Virus record (IMG/VR): IMGVR_UViG_3300026549_000029
Location: 160,001-224,000 of that record
Source of the DNA: a virus
Taxonomy: Duplodnaviria; Caudoviricetes
Length of the DNA: 64,000 nt
Strand: one strand, 5' to 3'
The notes below the pieces were generated by a model. It was not told where the DNA came from. It worked only from the letters and a program-made list of their open reading frames with translations, and did not search any database. Positions 26,434 through 37,000 of this stretch are shown here, one piece after another (the first letter of the stretch is position 1; each line of letters begins with the position of its first letter). A program made the position numbers and the translations under genes.

Positions 26434-27856
26434 ATGGCTATAATTACAAATCCATCAATTCCTATACAAGTACATTATGATTATAATACTAAAAATGAAT
26501 CTTTTATGAAAATGCATTATTTTCTTAAAGCTAAAGGTATTAAAAATAATGCATTTTTTCTACTTCTGTATGATGGTGGTCTTATGGGAGTTAATCCATA
26601 TGATCCAAATTTATCTAGAGAAATGAAAATAAGGATTCTTAGAGAATGTATTGTTAATTTTTGGTATTATATTAGAGAAGTAGCACGTATTCCAGTTGAA
26701 GGCGCTCAATCTAAACGATATGAATTACACAGAGCTAATTTAGCTCTAAACTATATGTTTGTGTATAATATTAATAGTATTAATATTTGGCCCAGGCAAT
26801 TTGGGAAGAGCGTTAGTACGATTCAATATTATCTGTGGTGTTTTAATTTTGGTACTCAAAATAGTAGAATCATATTTAGTAACAAAAAGCACGATGATTC
26901 TAAATCTAATCTTAGATTACTTAAAAACTTTAGATCTGCTTTACCAGAATACCTTAGAATGGATCAAGTAATAGGTCCAGATGGGAAACAGATAAGAGTT
27001 CCTAATAGTTCTGAAACATTGCAAAATCCTATAAACCATAATATGATATCAACATTACCTGGTGCTAGAACAGAAGCTTTAGCTGAGGGTGCAGGAAGAG
27101 GTGCTACAGTTCCCTTATTATATTTCGACGAATTCGCATTTTTACCTTATAACGACGTTGTATATGCAGCAGCAGCTCCTGCATTTTCTACAGCATCACA
27201 AAATGCTAAGAAAAATGGTGCACCTCATAACATAACAATTACAACTACTCCTGGAGATTTAACTACTAAAGAAGGTCAATTTGCTTATAATATGGTTTCT
27301 ATAGCAACACAATGGAATGAAGCATACTATGATTACTCATATGATAAATTAGTAGCATTAATGGAATCTAATAAGCAGTCTAGTTTCATGCATATCAGAT
27401 ACACTTATCAAATGCTTGGTAAAGGTGCTAAATACTTTGATGATATGGTAAGAATGTTTGGTACTGATTATGCTAAGCTTAGAAGAGAAATTTTAATAGA
27501 ATGGTCCAAGATATCTGATAATAGTCCCTTTAATAGAGAAGATCTTGAAGTTATTTCTTCTATGGTTAAGCAAGAACCTCGTTATACACTCTTCTTTGGC
27601 AAGGCCGGACAATTCCAAATGAAATTCTGGGATACTGTTCCAATAGGATCTACATATCCATTATTAATTGGAGTTGATGTATCCTCTGGTGTACATAGAG
27701 ATGCTTCTGCTATTACAGTAGTAGATTCTGAAACTACTAAAGTTATTGCTACATTTAGAAATAACTTTATTACTATGCCAGAATTGGCAGATCTTATATA
27801 TCAATTTGTAACTAATTATGCCAAGAACGCTATTATCTGCGTGGAAAACAACGGAG
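26434..27856 (+). CDS. terL: Terminase large subunit, exon 1
   Basis: Walker A PRQFGKS, Walker B LLYFDE, coupling motif TTTP, nuclease IGVDVSSG...DASA; homology appears to end at VENNG. Confidence 0.9.
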
Positions 27857-28257
27857 CAACTAAAGTCTCACCTAGTAGAGTAATCTGCTATGGTTTCAGT
27901 GTTAATTGCTATGACTCACTGGTTAAGAGCCAAACTTACTACAACGTAGCCTGAAAAGACAAGCGTGAATGTTGAGAAATCAGAAAGAAAAGTTTGGATA
28001 AAGATATGGTTAAATCCTAAGTCTTTGTTAGAAGCCAAGATATAGCAGTGAATTAGCTTCTTTATTTTTATAAATAAAATGCTAAACATTCAACGATCAT
28101 CTCCTTACGGGAGAGTAGAACCTCAAGCTTATGGAGGAAGAAAAATACTGCCCCATATCTTATATATGGGTGAACAAATGATCTGATCACTACTTATAAT
28201 GAGAGTGTCTAGAATTAACTAGAGGGTTTAGCTTGCGACTATTCCTAAACATAAATG
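27857..28257 (+). ncRNA. Group I intron (IA2-like, ~401 nt, no homing endonuclease); boundaries +/-1 nt
   Basis: P2 TAGTAGA-gtaa-TCTGCTA; P AATTGCT and Q TAGCAG; R TTCAACGATCA and S ATGATCT (P7); P3 CAGTGTT/AATACTG; P7.1 CTCC-ttacg-GGAG; P8 CCCATAT/ATATGGG; P9 hairpins; P10 AACTAAA pairs with TTTGGTT; removal restores the frame. Confidence 0.85.
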
Positions 28258-29066
28258 GTTTTGGTTCTTCAGTACTTCAGATGTTGCTCAAAACTTCTAT
28301 TAAGAAAAATCTCTATTATGAAATTAAAGATCGTATGGATGAAGAAGTATTCGATGGTACAGCCGTACGAAGAAAAACTCGTAGAGTAAAAGTTTATGGA
28401 GGCACTTCTTCTAAGTCTACTAGAAATAAACTTATTGAACTTCTTTATCAAAGAGTGCAGCATCATAGAGATAAATTCAATTCTAAAGAAATATATGATG
28501 AACTTTCTACTATGGTAGTTAAACCAAATGGTAAAGTTGAACATGCAGAAGATGCTCATGATGATTTAGTATTCTCTTATTTATGGGCTTTATATATCTT
28601 TTATTATGGTGAAGATCTTGCCACAAGATATCACTTAATGAAGACTGAAATATATACAGATGATCATTATGATGAAACTTCTTATTCTCTTGAAGAAGAG
28701 TATATGGAAGGAGATAATATTGATCCTTCTGTATTTAGAACAGAAGATCCATCTACTCAGTTAGCAGATGAACAGTTAAAAATATTAAATTCTGTAAAGA
28801 GTATTACTTTTGAAGATTTATATAAAAAACAATTATTAGAAGATCAAAAGAGTTTGGATAAAATAAAGAGAACTCCTTATGGAAGAGAAGCTATAAGTAA
28901 TGCATATCATATACCATTAGACCATATAGAAAAAGAAATGAAAATGGGATATGTAGATATATTAGATGATATTAATAAAGAATTTTATGGAAATGATATA
29001 GAAAAAGATCCTAATAAAGATCCTACACTGACAGGAAATTTATCAGATTTATTTAATAGATTATAA
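28258..29066 (+). CDS. terL: Terminase large subunit, exon 2
   Basis: FGSSVL...HAEDAHDDLVFS nuclease C-terminal acidic motif; no RBS of its own. Confidence 0.85.
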
Positions 29067-29079
29067 AAAATAAATATAT

Positions 29080-29111
29080 AGTGAGGAAGGCTAAATACCT
29101 TCCTCACTTTT
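29080..29111 (+). terminator. Intrinsic terminator
   Basis: AGTGAGGAAGG-7-CCTTCCTCACT followed by Ts. Confidence 0.8.
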
Positions 29112-29137
29112 AATATTTTAATGTATAATCAAAATAT

Positions 29138-29161
29138 AATTATATATTATAATATTGATAA
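29138..29161 (+). promoter_or_regulatory. Early-type promoter
   Basis: 24-mer AATTATATATTATAATATTGATAA; exact reverse complement at 40581-40604. Confidence 0.65.
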
Positions 29162-29196
29162 TAGAATATAGTTTTAAGAAAGGATAGTATATAGAT

Positions 29197-29532
29197 ATGA
29201 CAGAATTTACAATAAATATATTTTATTTAAAAAATTTTGGAGTAATAGAGTTTATTATAAATACAGACATAAATAATCCATATATAATATTGAAAGATCA
29301 GAAAGATAATATTATATCTGAAATATATCTTTTTAAAGCTGAATATAAATCAAATAAAAAATTAAGTAGTATTAATAAAAATAAATTCATAGAATTTTGT
29401 AAATCTATAAATTTAAGTATAAAAGAACATAATGATTTAATAGAAACAAATTGGCAATCTGCATTGCATACATATAATGTGGTAAATAATTTAAATATAT
29501 TATATAAAATGCCAGATTATAATTTATTATAG
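29197..29532 (+). CDS. Hypothetical protein, TNW...PDY family
   Basis: Ends TNWQ...MPDYNLL; related to 39679-40086 and to the remnant at 31352-31489. Confidence 0.7.
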   Translation: MTEFTINIFYLKNFGVIEFIINTDINNPYIILKDQKDNIISEIYLFKAEYKSNKKLSSINKNKFIEFCKSINLSIKEHNDLIETNWQSALHTYNVVNNLNILYKMPDYNLL

Positions 29533-29543
29533 GAGAAAATATA

Positions 29544-30734
29544 ATGAAAGAAATTTTAATCGAAGGAATGTATAATATTGCAAAATGCTTTTGTGTTGAT
29601 AGTGATAAATATGATATTGATCAATATGCTAGAGCACAGATAAAAGCAATATGTAATAATAAAGCATATTCAGATTGTAAGATCAGAATAATGCCTGATG
29701 TTCATGCTGGTAAAGTAGGTCCTATTGGTTTATCTATTATATATAATAGATTCCCTGAAAGAATTATTCCTAATATGATAGGATCTGATATTGGTTGTGG
29801 AGTTTTATTATATAAAATAAAACCTAAAAAGAGAATTACTAAGGGTTTATTACAGGAATTAGATAGTTATATTAGAAATATTATTCCTTATGGATCTAAT
29901 AGACAGAAAGATATTGGAAGTTTAAGATTTGGATTTAATCTTGAATGTGCTGTTGAAAGATTACATAAGAAAGGAATAATTAATTTTGAATTAGGATTAT
30001 CTTATGTAGGAACTTTAGGCGGAGGAAATCATTTTATAGAAATCGATAAAGATGAAGATGATTTCTATTATATTTGTATTCACACTGGTAGTAGATATTT
30101 AGGTCAATGCGTAAATAAATATTACAATGATAAAGGACAAAAATATCTTAAAGATAATGGAATCTTTAGTATTCCATATGAATACACTTATCTGGAGAAT
30201 CACAATTTAAAACGTGATTATCTTGAAAGCACTAGAGACTGTGAAATATTTGCAGAATATAATAGAAAGACTATTGCTAATAAGATCTGTAGTTTTATTA
30301 ATGCAGAGATTATAGATGTAATAGATAATTTTCATAATTATTATGAGAGCTATTCTAAAGATCATAATGAGAAATTTGTGATAAGAAAAGGTTGTATTGC
30401 ATCAGAATTTATTGAGAAGGTTGTAATTCCAATAAATGCAAGAGATGGTATTATTATAGGAAATGGAAAGCATAATGAAGATTGGAATTGCTCAGCTCCT
30501 CATGGAGCAGGTAGAATTATAAAAAGATCTGAAGTTAAAAATACTTATAATACTTCTATGTATAAGAAAGAAATGAAGGGAATTTATTCTACTTCTATTT
30601 CTAAAGATACATTAGATGAAGCTCCTTTTGCTTATAGAGATATTGAGCTTATTAGAGAAGCTATAGAACCTAGTGTAAATATTATTAATATACTTAAACC
30701 AGTATACAATTTTAAAGCTGGAGGAAATGAATAA
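29544..30734 (+). CDS. rtcB: RtcB RNA ligase
   Basis: MPDVHAG, GSDIGCG, GTLGGGNHFIE, IHTGSR, HNY, RKG, SAPHGAGR, DEAPFAY. Confidence 0.95.
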   Translation: MKEILIEGMYNIAKCFCVDSDKYDIDQYARAQIKAICNNKAYSDCKIRIMPDVHAGKVGPIGLSIIYNRFPERIIPNMIGSDIGCGVLLYKIKPKKRITKGLLQELDSYIRNIIPYGSNRQKDIGSLRFGFNLECAVERLHKKGIINFELGLSYVGTLGGGNHFIEIDKDEDDFYYICIHTGSRYLGQCVNKYYNDKGQKYLKDNGIFSIPYEYTYLENHNLKRDYLESTRDCEIFAEYNRKTIANKICSFINAEIIDVIDNFHNYYESYSKDHNEKFVIRKGCIASEFIEKVVIPINARDGIIIGNGKHNEDWNCSAPHGAGRIIKRSEVKNTYNTSMYKKEMKGIYSTSISKDTLDEAPFAYRDIELIREAIEPSVNIINILKPVYNFKAGGNE

Positions 30735-31340
30735 ATGATATTTAGAATATCATCAGGAATAAATCCGCCACCAGAGTGTAATATGGCTATTGATTTATTT
30801 TATAAAAGATTAATAAAAGAAATCAAAGATATTAAATTAATAGATTCTAAAAAATCTAAATTTTCTAATTACAATAGTTCTATAACTTTTATGACAGATG
30901 ATAAAAAGATTAAAGAATATATAGGAACTATAGAATGGATTTGTGAAAGTCCGATAAGAAAAGGTCATAAAAGAAAGAATTGGTTTATCAGTTTATCAGA
31001 GATACCAGAAGTTAAGATTGTAGATTCTGATATTAACTCTAGCAATATAAAAATAGATATATTTAGATCTTCAGGAAATGGAGGACAAAGTGTAAATACT
31101 ACAAATTCTGCTGTAAGAGTAACTCATATTCCTACAGGAATTGTAGTAGAGAATCAAGATGAAAGATCACAATACATGAATAAAAAGAAATGCTTAGAGG
31201 AATTGAATTATAGACTTAATGAAATACAGAAAAAGAATAAAGCCTTCCAAGATAATGAATCTTGGAAGATTGGTAATAATGTAATAAGAGGAAATCCTGT
31301 AAAGATATATGAAGGATTGAATTTTAAATTAAGAAAATAG
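30735..31340 (+). CDS. prfH: Peptide chain release factor H
   Basis: [28 protein letters not shown] (PrfH signature), [21 protein letters not shown]. Confidence 0.9.
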   Translation: MIFRISSGINPPPECNMAIDLFYKRLIKEIKDIKLIDSKKSKFSNYNSSITFMTDDKKIKEYIGTIEWICESPIRKGHKRKNWFISLSEIPEVKIVDSDINSSNIKIDIFRSSGNGGQSVNTTNSAVRVTHIPTGIVVENQDERSQYMNKKKCLEELNYRLNEIQKKNKAFQDNESWKIGNNVIRGNPVKIYEGLNFKLRK

Positions 31341-31351
31341 TATATAAATAA

Positions 31352-31489
31352 CCATATTATAAATCAATTAATGGTTTAATTTTAACTAATTGGGAAGTTA
31401 TTAGCAAATCTTGGACAGATGCTTTTGGTAAACATTTATCTTATGCAACCATTAAGCCAGATTATACAATTATTAAACCTACAAAATAA
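31352..31489 (+). pseudogene. Start-less C-terminal remnant of a TNW...PDY family gene
   Basis: PYYKSINGLILTNWEVISKSWTDAFGKHLSYATIKPDYTIIKPTK*; preceded by an in-frame TAA; no RBS or ATG. Confidence 0.6.
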
Positions 31490-31505
31490 ATAATAAAAAT
31501 AATTT

Positions 31506-31529
31506 AGCCCAGAGAGAAATCTCTGGGCT
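31506..31529. terminator. Terminator between convergent genes
   Basis: AGCCCAGAGA-gaaa-TCTCTGGGCT followed by a T-run. Confidence 0.8.
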
Positions 31530-31536
31530 TTATTTT

Positions 31537-31938
31537 TTATTTAAATTTTTCTTCATCTAGAAAAATAATATTATCATATTTACAATTGTTTGGATTGCCA
31601 TCTATATTAACTACCTTACAACCTCTCTCTAAATAGCTATCTGGATTTCTTATATAGCTATAAGCCATAAGATCTTTAATAAGAAAGCGTTTTTTAGTAA
31701 AAGATTCTTCTTCTTTTCTTTTACATAATAAATTTACATAAGGATATTTACCTTCATATTCCCATCTTAAATATAAATCATCTGCTATGCAATAAATTTG
31801 TCCATTCTGTGTAATAATATATATACTAGGAAATACATCAGGATTAATTAAATGCTTTGCATCTATAACATTAAAATTTTCATACCCTCTGATGAAAGTT
31901 TTATTTGTTAATAGATCATAATATTCTTCCTTATTCAT
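31537..31938 (-). CDS. Degenerate HNH (I-HmuI-like) endonuclease-fold protein
   Basis: YIITQNGQI, YPYVNL, IKDLMA.SYIRNP, VVNIDGNPNNC..DNI (HRLVA and VNHIDG altered). Confidence 0.6.
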   Translation of the reverse strand: MNKEEYYDLLTNKTFIRGYENFNVIDAKHLINPDVFPSIYIITQNGQIYCIADDLYLRWEYEGKYPYVNLLCKRKEEESFTKKRFLIKDLMAYSYIRNPDSYLERGCKVVNIDGNPNNCKYDNIIFLDEEKFK

Positions 31939-31941
31939 TTA

Positions 31942-33171
31942 TTATTTTAATCCAAAAGCTTTCATAGTATCTATTTCAGTTAACTGAACTGTACTATCAT
32001 GGAAAGCTTTCATTGTTCTATTTTTGTAAATTGAGAATACTTGCATCAGAGTAAGTCCTACATTCTTGATACCTAATTTATAATAGAAATTACCAGCACA
32101 AGCATTACATGGCTTTTCATGAGGGCAAAGAAATGCCATTCTCATTTTTACTTTTTTACCAATATACTTTTCAGCATTCTGAGAATTAAGTTCTATTAAT
32201 TTACCATTAGGACCAATAATATTATTATAGATATATCTATTAAGATTCTTTTTAGTTATTACATCTTCAATACATCTAGTAGTACCACAATCAGTACCAG
32301 GCTCATCAAGAATTAAATCTTGATAAGCAGATGTAGTAAGATTCTCTAGATAGCCACCATGCTCTGTTTTCTTACCTCTAGAATATGCTCCTTCTATTCC
32401 AGAATTAGAATATAATCCATATTCTTCTCTCCTAACACCATCTGCATAATTAGAAGTAGCAATTCTAAATTCCTGTTTAGATTCTGGGTTAGGATCTCTA
32501 GTAGCACCTTTCCAAACAAAGAGATTCTTAAAATGGTTATCAATATTTGATCTTGCACCTGATAAGAAAGAATCTAATGAAGGATCATCTTTAAGAGTCT
32601 CTAATGCATAATTTAATAATTCATCCTCTATTTGCTTAGCAATAACAGTATCACCTTCATCTAATTCTTTTTTATATTTTTTAATTAATTCATCTTTCTT
32701 TTTATCTACAACTTTAGTTATAGTTAAGATAGCTTCATTATAATTAGGGGATAATACTGTAACAAATTGCATGGCAAGCTGAGTTTTCATTAGAAATTTC
32801 TTAAGAGCTTCTACATCTATTCTATCTTCCATTAAAGCATATGATAATTGCTGATTTATTTCATCTAATTGCTTACCATTAATAGTTTTATTAATATACC
32901 CAAATAAATCAAATAAATCAGGTTCTATCATCCATTTATTAAAAATCCATATTCCTACTGTAGTAGTAAAAGCATTTTTATTTTTGTGCTTTTCGGGGCC
33001 ATAAAATCCAGGTGGTATATCTATAATATCATAGGGGTTGCATTTAGCAACCCCATCATATTCTCCAAAAAGATCATATATAAAAGAGGATTTTATATCT
33101 TCTTCTTTAAGGTTGATTAAAGTATTCTTTAATTCACCATCTGTAATTTTCTTTGATATCCTCTTAGCCAT
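31942..33171 (-). CDS. Phage multisubunit RNA polymerase beta' middle fragment
   Basis: TTVG..IFN; bridge helix YSRGKKTEHGGYL; DCGT; Zn site C..C..C.G; NVGL...MKAFH trigger loop. Confidence 0.85.
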   Translation of the reverse strand: MAKRISKKITDGELKNTLINLKEEDIKSSFIYDLFGEYDGVAKCNPYDIIDIPPGFYGPEKHKNKNAFTTTVGIWIFNKWMIEPDLFDLFGYINKTINGKQLDEINQQLSYALMEDRIDVEALKKFLMKTQLAMQFVTVLSPNYNEAILTITKVVDKKKDELIKKYKKELDEGDTVIAKQIEDELLNYALETLKDDPSLDSFLSGARSNIDNHFKNLFVWKGATRDPNPESKQEFRIATSNYADGVRREEYGLYSNSGIEGAYSRGKKTEHGGYLENLTTSAYQDLILDEPGTDCGTTRCIEDVITKKNLNRYIYNNIIGPNGKLIELNSQNAEKYIGKKVKMRMAFLCPHEKPCNACAGNFYYKLGIKNVGLTLMQVFSIYKNRTMKAFHDSTVQLTEIDTMKAFGLK

Positions 33172-33195
33172 TTACATCCACCTCCTAATAGTAGA

Positions 33196-34017
33196 TTAGA
33201 AGTAGATATGATAAGTAATATCAATTCCCTTCGTGAGATCAATAAGAGCTTCATTAGGAATATTGAGCTGAGTAAGAGGAATAATATCCTGATACCACTT
33301 ATATCCAGCACCAGAAACATACCAAGCAGTAAGAATAGAGATAGAGTTAATTCTTGCATCATTAATAGAAGAGGTAGCTCTAAAATAATCTCTAAAATCA
33401 TCCTTAGTAATTCTAAGATTAAACTCTACAAAAGTTTCTGCATCAGAAGTATTCTGAGAATCATAAAGAGTAGCATCAATAGGAGTCTCATCTACATATC
33501 TCATATAAAGAGTTGGTTCTGATTCAAAAGCTTTGAAGTAATAAGCAATTCTATTTGCTTCAGCAATAGTTTTTCTTCCAAAATAAATTTCTCTCTCTGC
33601 ATCGGTCAAATCATTCTGAATAAGCTGATATCTAAACGGAACAAGATCTCCAGCAGGTTTAATTCTGTTAGTATACTGTACAGGATATACCTGAGAATTT
33701 TCAGCACCACAACCTTGAGTACCACAGCAGAAAAGACAAGCTTTAGGAATATTATCAGGATTGGAACCATGTTCAGAAGAATTCTCAAGATCAAGAGATT
33801 CATTATAAGTAGGAAGATGTACAAGTTCAGGAAGATCAAATACTTTCTGAGCAACAAATTGCGAACCAGCAATAACTACTTTATTATGAAGAGTAAGAAC
33901 AGGCTCGCCTGTATCAATATTTTTAAAAATAACTTCACCTTTAAGCCAAGTTTTCTTGAGGTTCACATCATCATTCGATTTAGCAAAATCGAATAATGTA
34001 ATATCTTTATTAGGCAT
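33196..34017 (-). CDS. Virion structural protein (baseplate/collar-like)
   Basis: GEV....HNKVV.AG, FCCGT.G; late promoter at 34051-34062. Confidence 0.55.
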   Translation of the reverse strand: MPNKDITLFDFAKSNDDVNLKKTWLKGEVIFKNIDTGEPVLTLHNKVVIAGSQFVAQKVFDLPELVHLPTYNESLDLENSSEHGSNPDNIPKACLFCCGTQGCGAENSQVYPVQYTNRIKPAGDLVPFRYQLIQNDLTDAEREIYFGRKTIAEANRIAYYFKAFESEPTLYMRYVDETPIDATLYDSQNTSDAETFVEFNLRITKDDFRDYFRATSSINDARINSISILTAWYVSGAGYKWYQDIIPLTQLNIPNEALIDLTKGIDITYHIYF

Positions 34018-34050
34018 TATAATTAACCTCCCATAATATGTTAACGTAAT

Positions 34051-34062
34051 TAATTGAATGTT
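34051..34062 (-). promoter_or_regulatory. Late-type promoter
   Basis: AACA TTCAAT TA. Confidence 0.6.
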
Positions 34063-34076
34063 CAGCTAATAAGCTA

Positions 34077-37000
34077 TTATGTATCTATAAATACATGAGC
34101 AGGAAATTCCTGAGTAATAATAGTATAACAGTTATCATAAAGTCTATATGAAGGTTCATAGAGACTTATATTATTACTTATATTCATTATAGATTCTCTA
34201 AGATTTAAAGCATAATTAAGATTAAGAGTAGATATTTTATTTAATGTATCTTTTATATTAGTAATTCTACGATATTTAGTGATAGGTTCAAATACTATAG
34301 AATTACAATATGGACAAGTAGTTGTATTAGATTCTATTTCTTTCCCACAATTAGGGCAGAAATATTTAGTACAACAAATTTCTCCATCATCTAAAGAGAG
34401 ATTCACTAATATTAAACAAGTATCTGCTATCCATTCATTAATATATTCTACTAAATACTTAGTTTCAGTCATACTATCAATAGCTTCTTCTATATTAATA
34501 TTATCTGAATATGTAATATCTACAAGCATATGTAATATAGCATCAACAGCATAAATTTCTAATTGTCTTATATAATGATTATCTGGATTGAATACATCAT
34601 CTTTAAAATAATATGTACTTCTTACATCAGCATAATCTTTAATAGCTTTATTAAAATGGGCATATTTATCAAAAGTAATAGGAACTTTATTTTCTACCCC
34701 ACAATTAGGACATACTGTATCAGAAGCACTTAATTCTGCTCCACATTGAGGGCAATAATAAATAAATTTATGTTTTCCATTATTCTCTAAAGCATTTCTA
34801 TTATTTTCATAATATTCAGAATAATTCTTTCTAAGCCACCAATCCATACTAAACCATACTTTATCTATAAGCTTAGCTCTTTCTTCTTTAGAAAGATTGA
34901 TATTAGCATTAGAAATATAATCTTCAATCTTAATAATATCAGCTTTATCAAATAAGTATTTAATTAATATATGATCTATTAATTGTATATATTGATCGAA
35001 CTTATCATCTATTACATAAATAATGGAAGACTGATGCGTAAATATTTTAAATGATTTGAAGAAGTCTATTACTTCCTCTATATAAGATTTAACAAATTCT
35101 AATGATACAGAAGGTAAACCAGAGAATACATCATCCATATATACTTCTGTCTTATCTTCATCTATATAATCTTTAATATATCCAATAATTTGTTGAATAG
35201 CATTTATACAAGTTTCTTGTCTCTTAGCTTCATCATCAATAGCAGCAACTTGTACTAAGAATTTATAAACATTTCCATCATTATATCTCATAAATTCTGT
35301 ATAAGTACTAGCCATTCTAGCAGTTGCATTTAAAGAAACAAAATCTTCATCTTCTGGATCATAAATATAAAGATCAAATAAATGAGTTTCATCAAAATCA
35401 TCTCTCATTTCAAAATATAAAGTATTTTCATCACAAGTACTAGTAAGACATTTCATATCATATTCATAGACATCAGGGTTCTGATAATTCTCTGGTCTAG
35501 GAATATTAATGAATTTAGTAGTATATCCATTAGCTTTATATGTATCTACTACATCATTATCTCCTACTAAGAAATACTCCATATTTCTATTCATAATAAA
35601 TAAAGTTTTATATAAATATCTATAAGCATCATATACTTCTTTACTAGGAGGATTAGCCATAACTTCTAATACATGTTTATAGATATCTCTGTTATTTAAA
35701 AATATAGCTCTTAATTCTTCAAAACTATATATCTTTTCATCTGGAATAGTAAATCCAGGTCTTTCTACAGCATCATGCCCATATGACAATTCTTCTAAAG
35801 TTAATCCTCTATGATTTTCATGCAAATACTGTGCTATAGTAGCAAAATCTGCTTCCATATTAAATCCTAGTATTTCTGCTACTTTAGACCTACTATCTAA
35901 AATAGTATCTTCTACTCCATAATAGATATATCCAAGAGAATATAATGCTAAAATAGCATTTACTAATTCTACTTTCTTAGTAGTAGATATATTAGGTAAG
36001 CTAATTCTTAAAGCAGATTTATCTATTTTATTATACATAAGAATATTCATAAAATAGACAAGAGAGAAATTTCTTTGTGCTAAATCTATAACAGCTTCTA
36101 TAGTATAATATTTAGATCTTAATATTGTAAAATCTAAATCTTTAACTCCAGATTTTACAGTATCATAAGTTTTATCACCAACCCAATAAGCATCAGGTAC
36201 AGTAAGCTCATCATATTCTAAAATATTAGAATCTTTCTTAGCATAATTATCATAAATTTGATCTAAAAGAGGAACTTTAATAAACTTAATATCATAATTA
36301 GAATCATTATCTGTTACTATATCTTTAGTTCCATCTTCATTAGTAATTACTTTAGTATTACTATAATAATCTAAATCGTCTGGATTATTTACATTATGAT
36401 CTTTTAAAATATAATATTTAAAAGCATTTATATTTCTAAATCCAAATATTGATATAATATCTACAATACATTTATCTGTAGATTTAAATTTAATCAATTT
36501 ATTAAGATTCTTTACAAGAGAAATTTGATATCTAAGAGGAATATCATTAAAATATTTAACCCCATTAGATTCGAAAATATATTTACAGGTTCTTGTATCA
36601 AATACATCTCTTCTAATTAAATATTCTGGTAATTCTACTATCATATCAATAATAGTTTGAATAATAAGAAATACCATCATAAAATTATCATAATAATCAG
36701 ATCTATATTTATAAGCTTCAGAATATACTGTATAAAGTAAATATAATCTATTAGCTTCTAATAAATCTTTATATCTTGTTCTTACCTCATCTGAATCACA
36801 AGAAGGACAATAAAGCATAGCAAACTTCTCTGCTACCCTAGCATCATAATAATCTACTTGCCTATCGCCCATATGAAGTAAATAAATTACATCATCTTTT
36901 GTTAATTCATTAGAAATTAGCCAAGATTCATTATTTACAATATTTTCTAATGTACCATTAGAATCAAGAATAATCTGCTTAGATAATGATAATTCATGAA

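Noticed and set aside
27857-28257. Group II intron, intein or stop-codon readthrough in terL
   Set aside because: No GUGYG start or domain V; the insert has stops and changes frame; the group I P3/P7 core is evident
28233-28257. TTG start of a separate downstream terminase gene
   Set aside because: No RBS, and it lies within the intron P9 region
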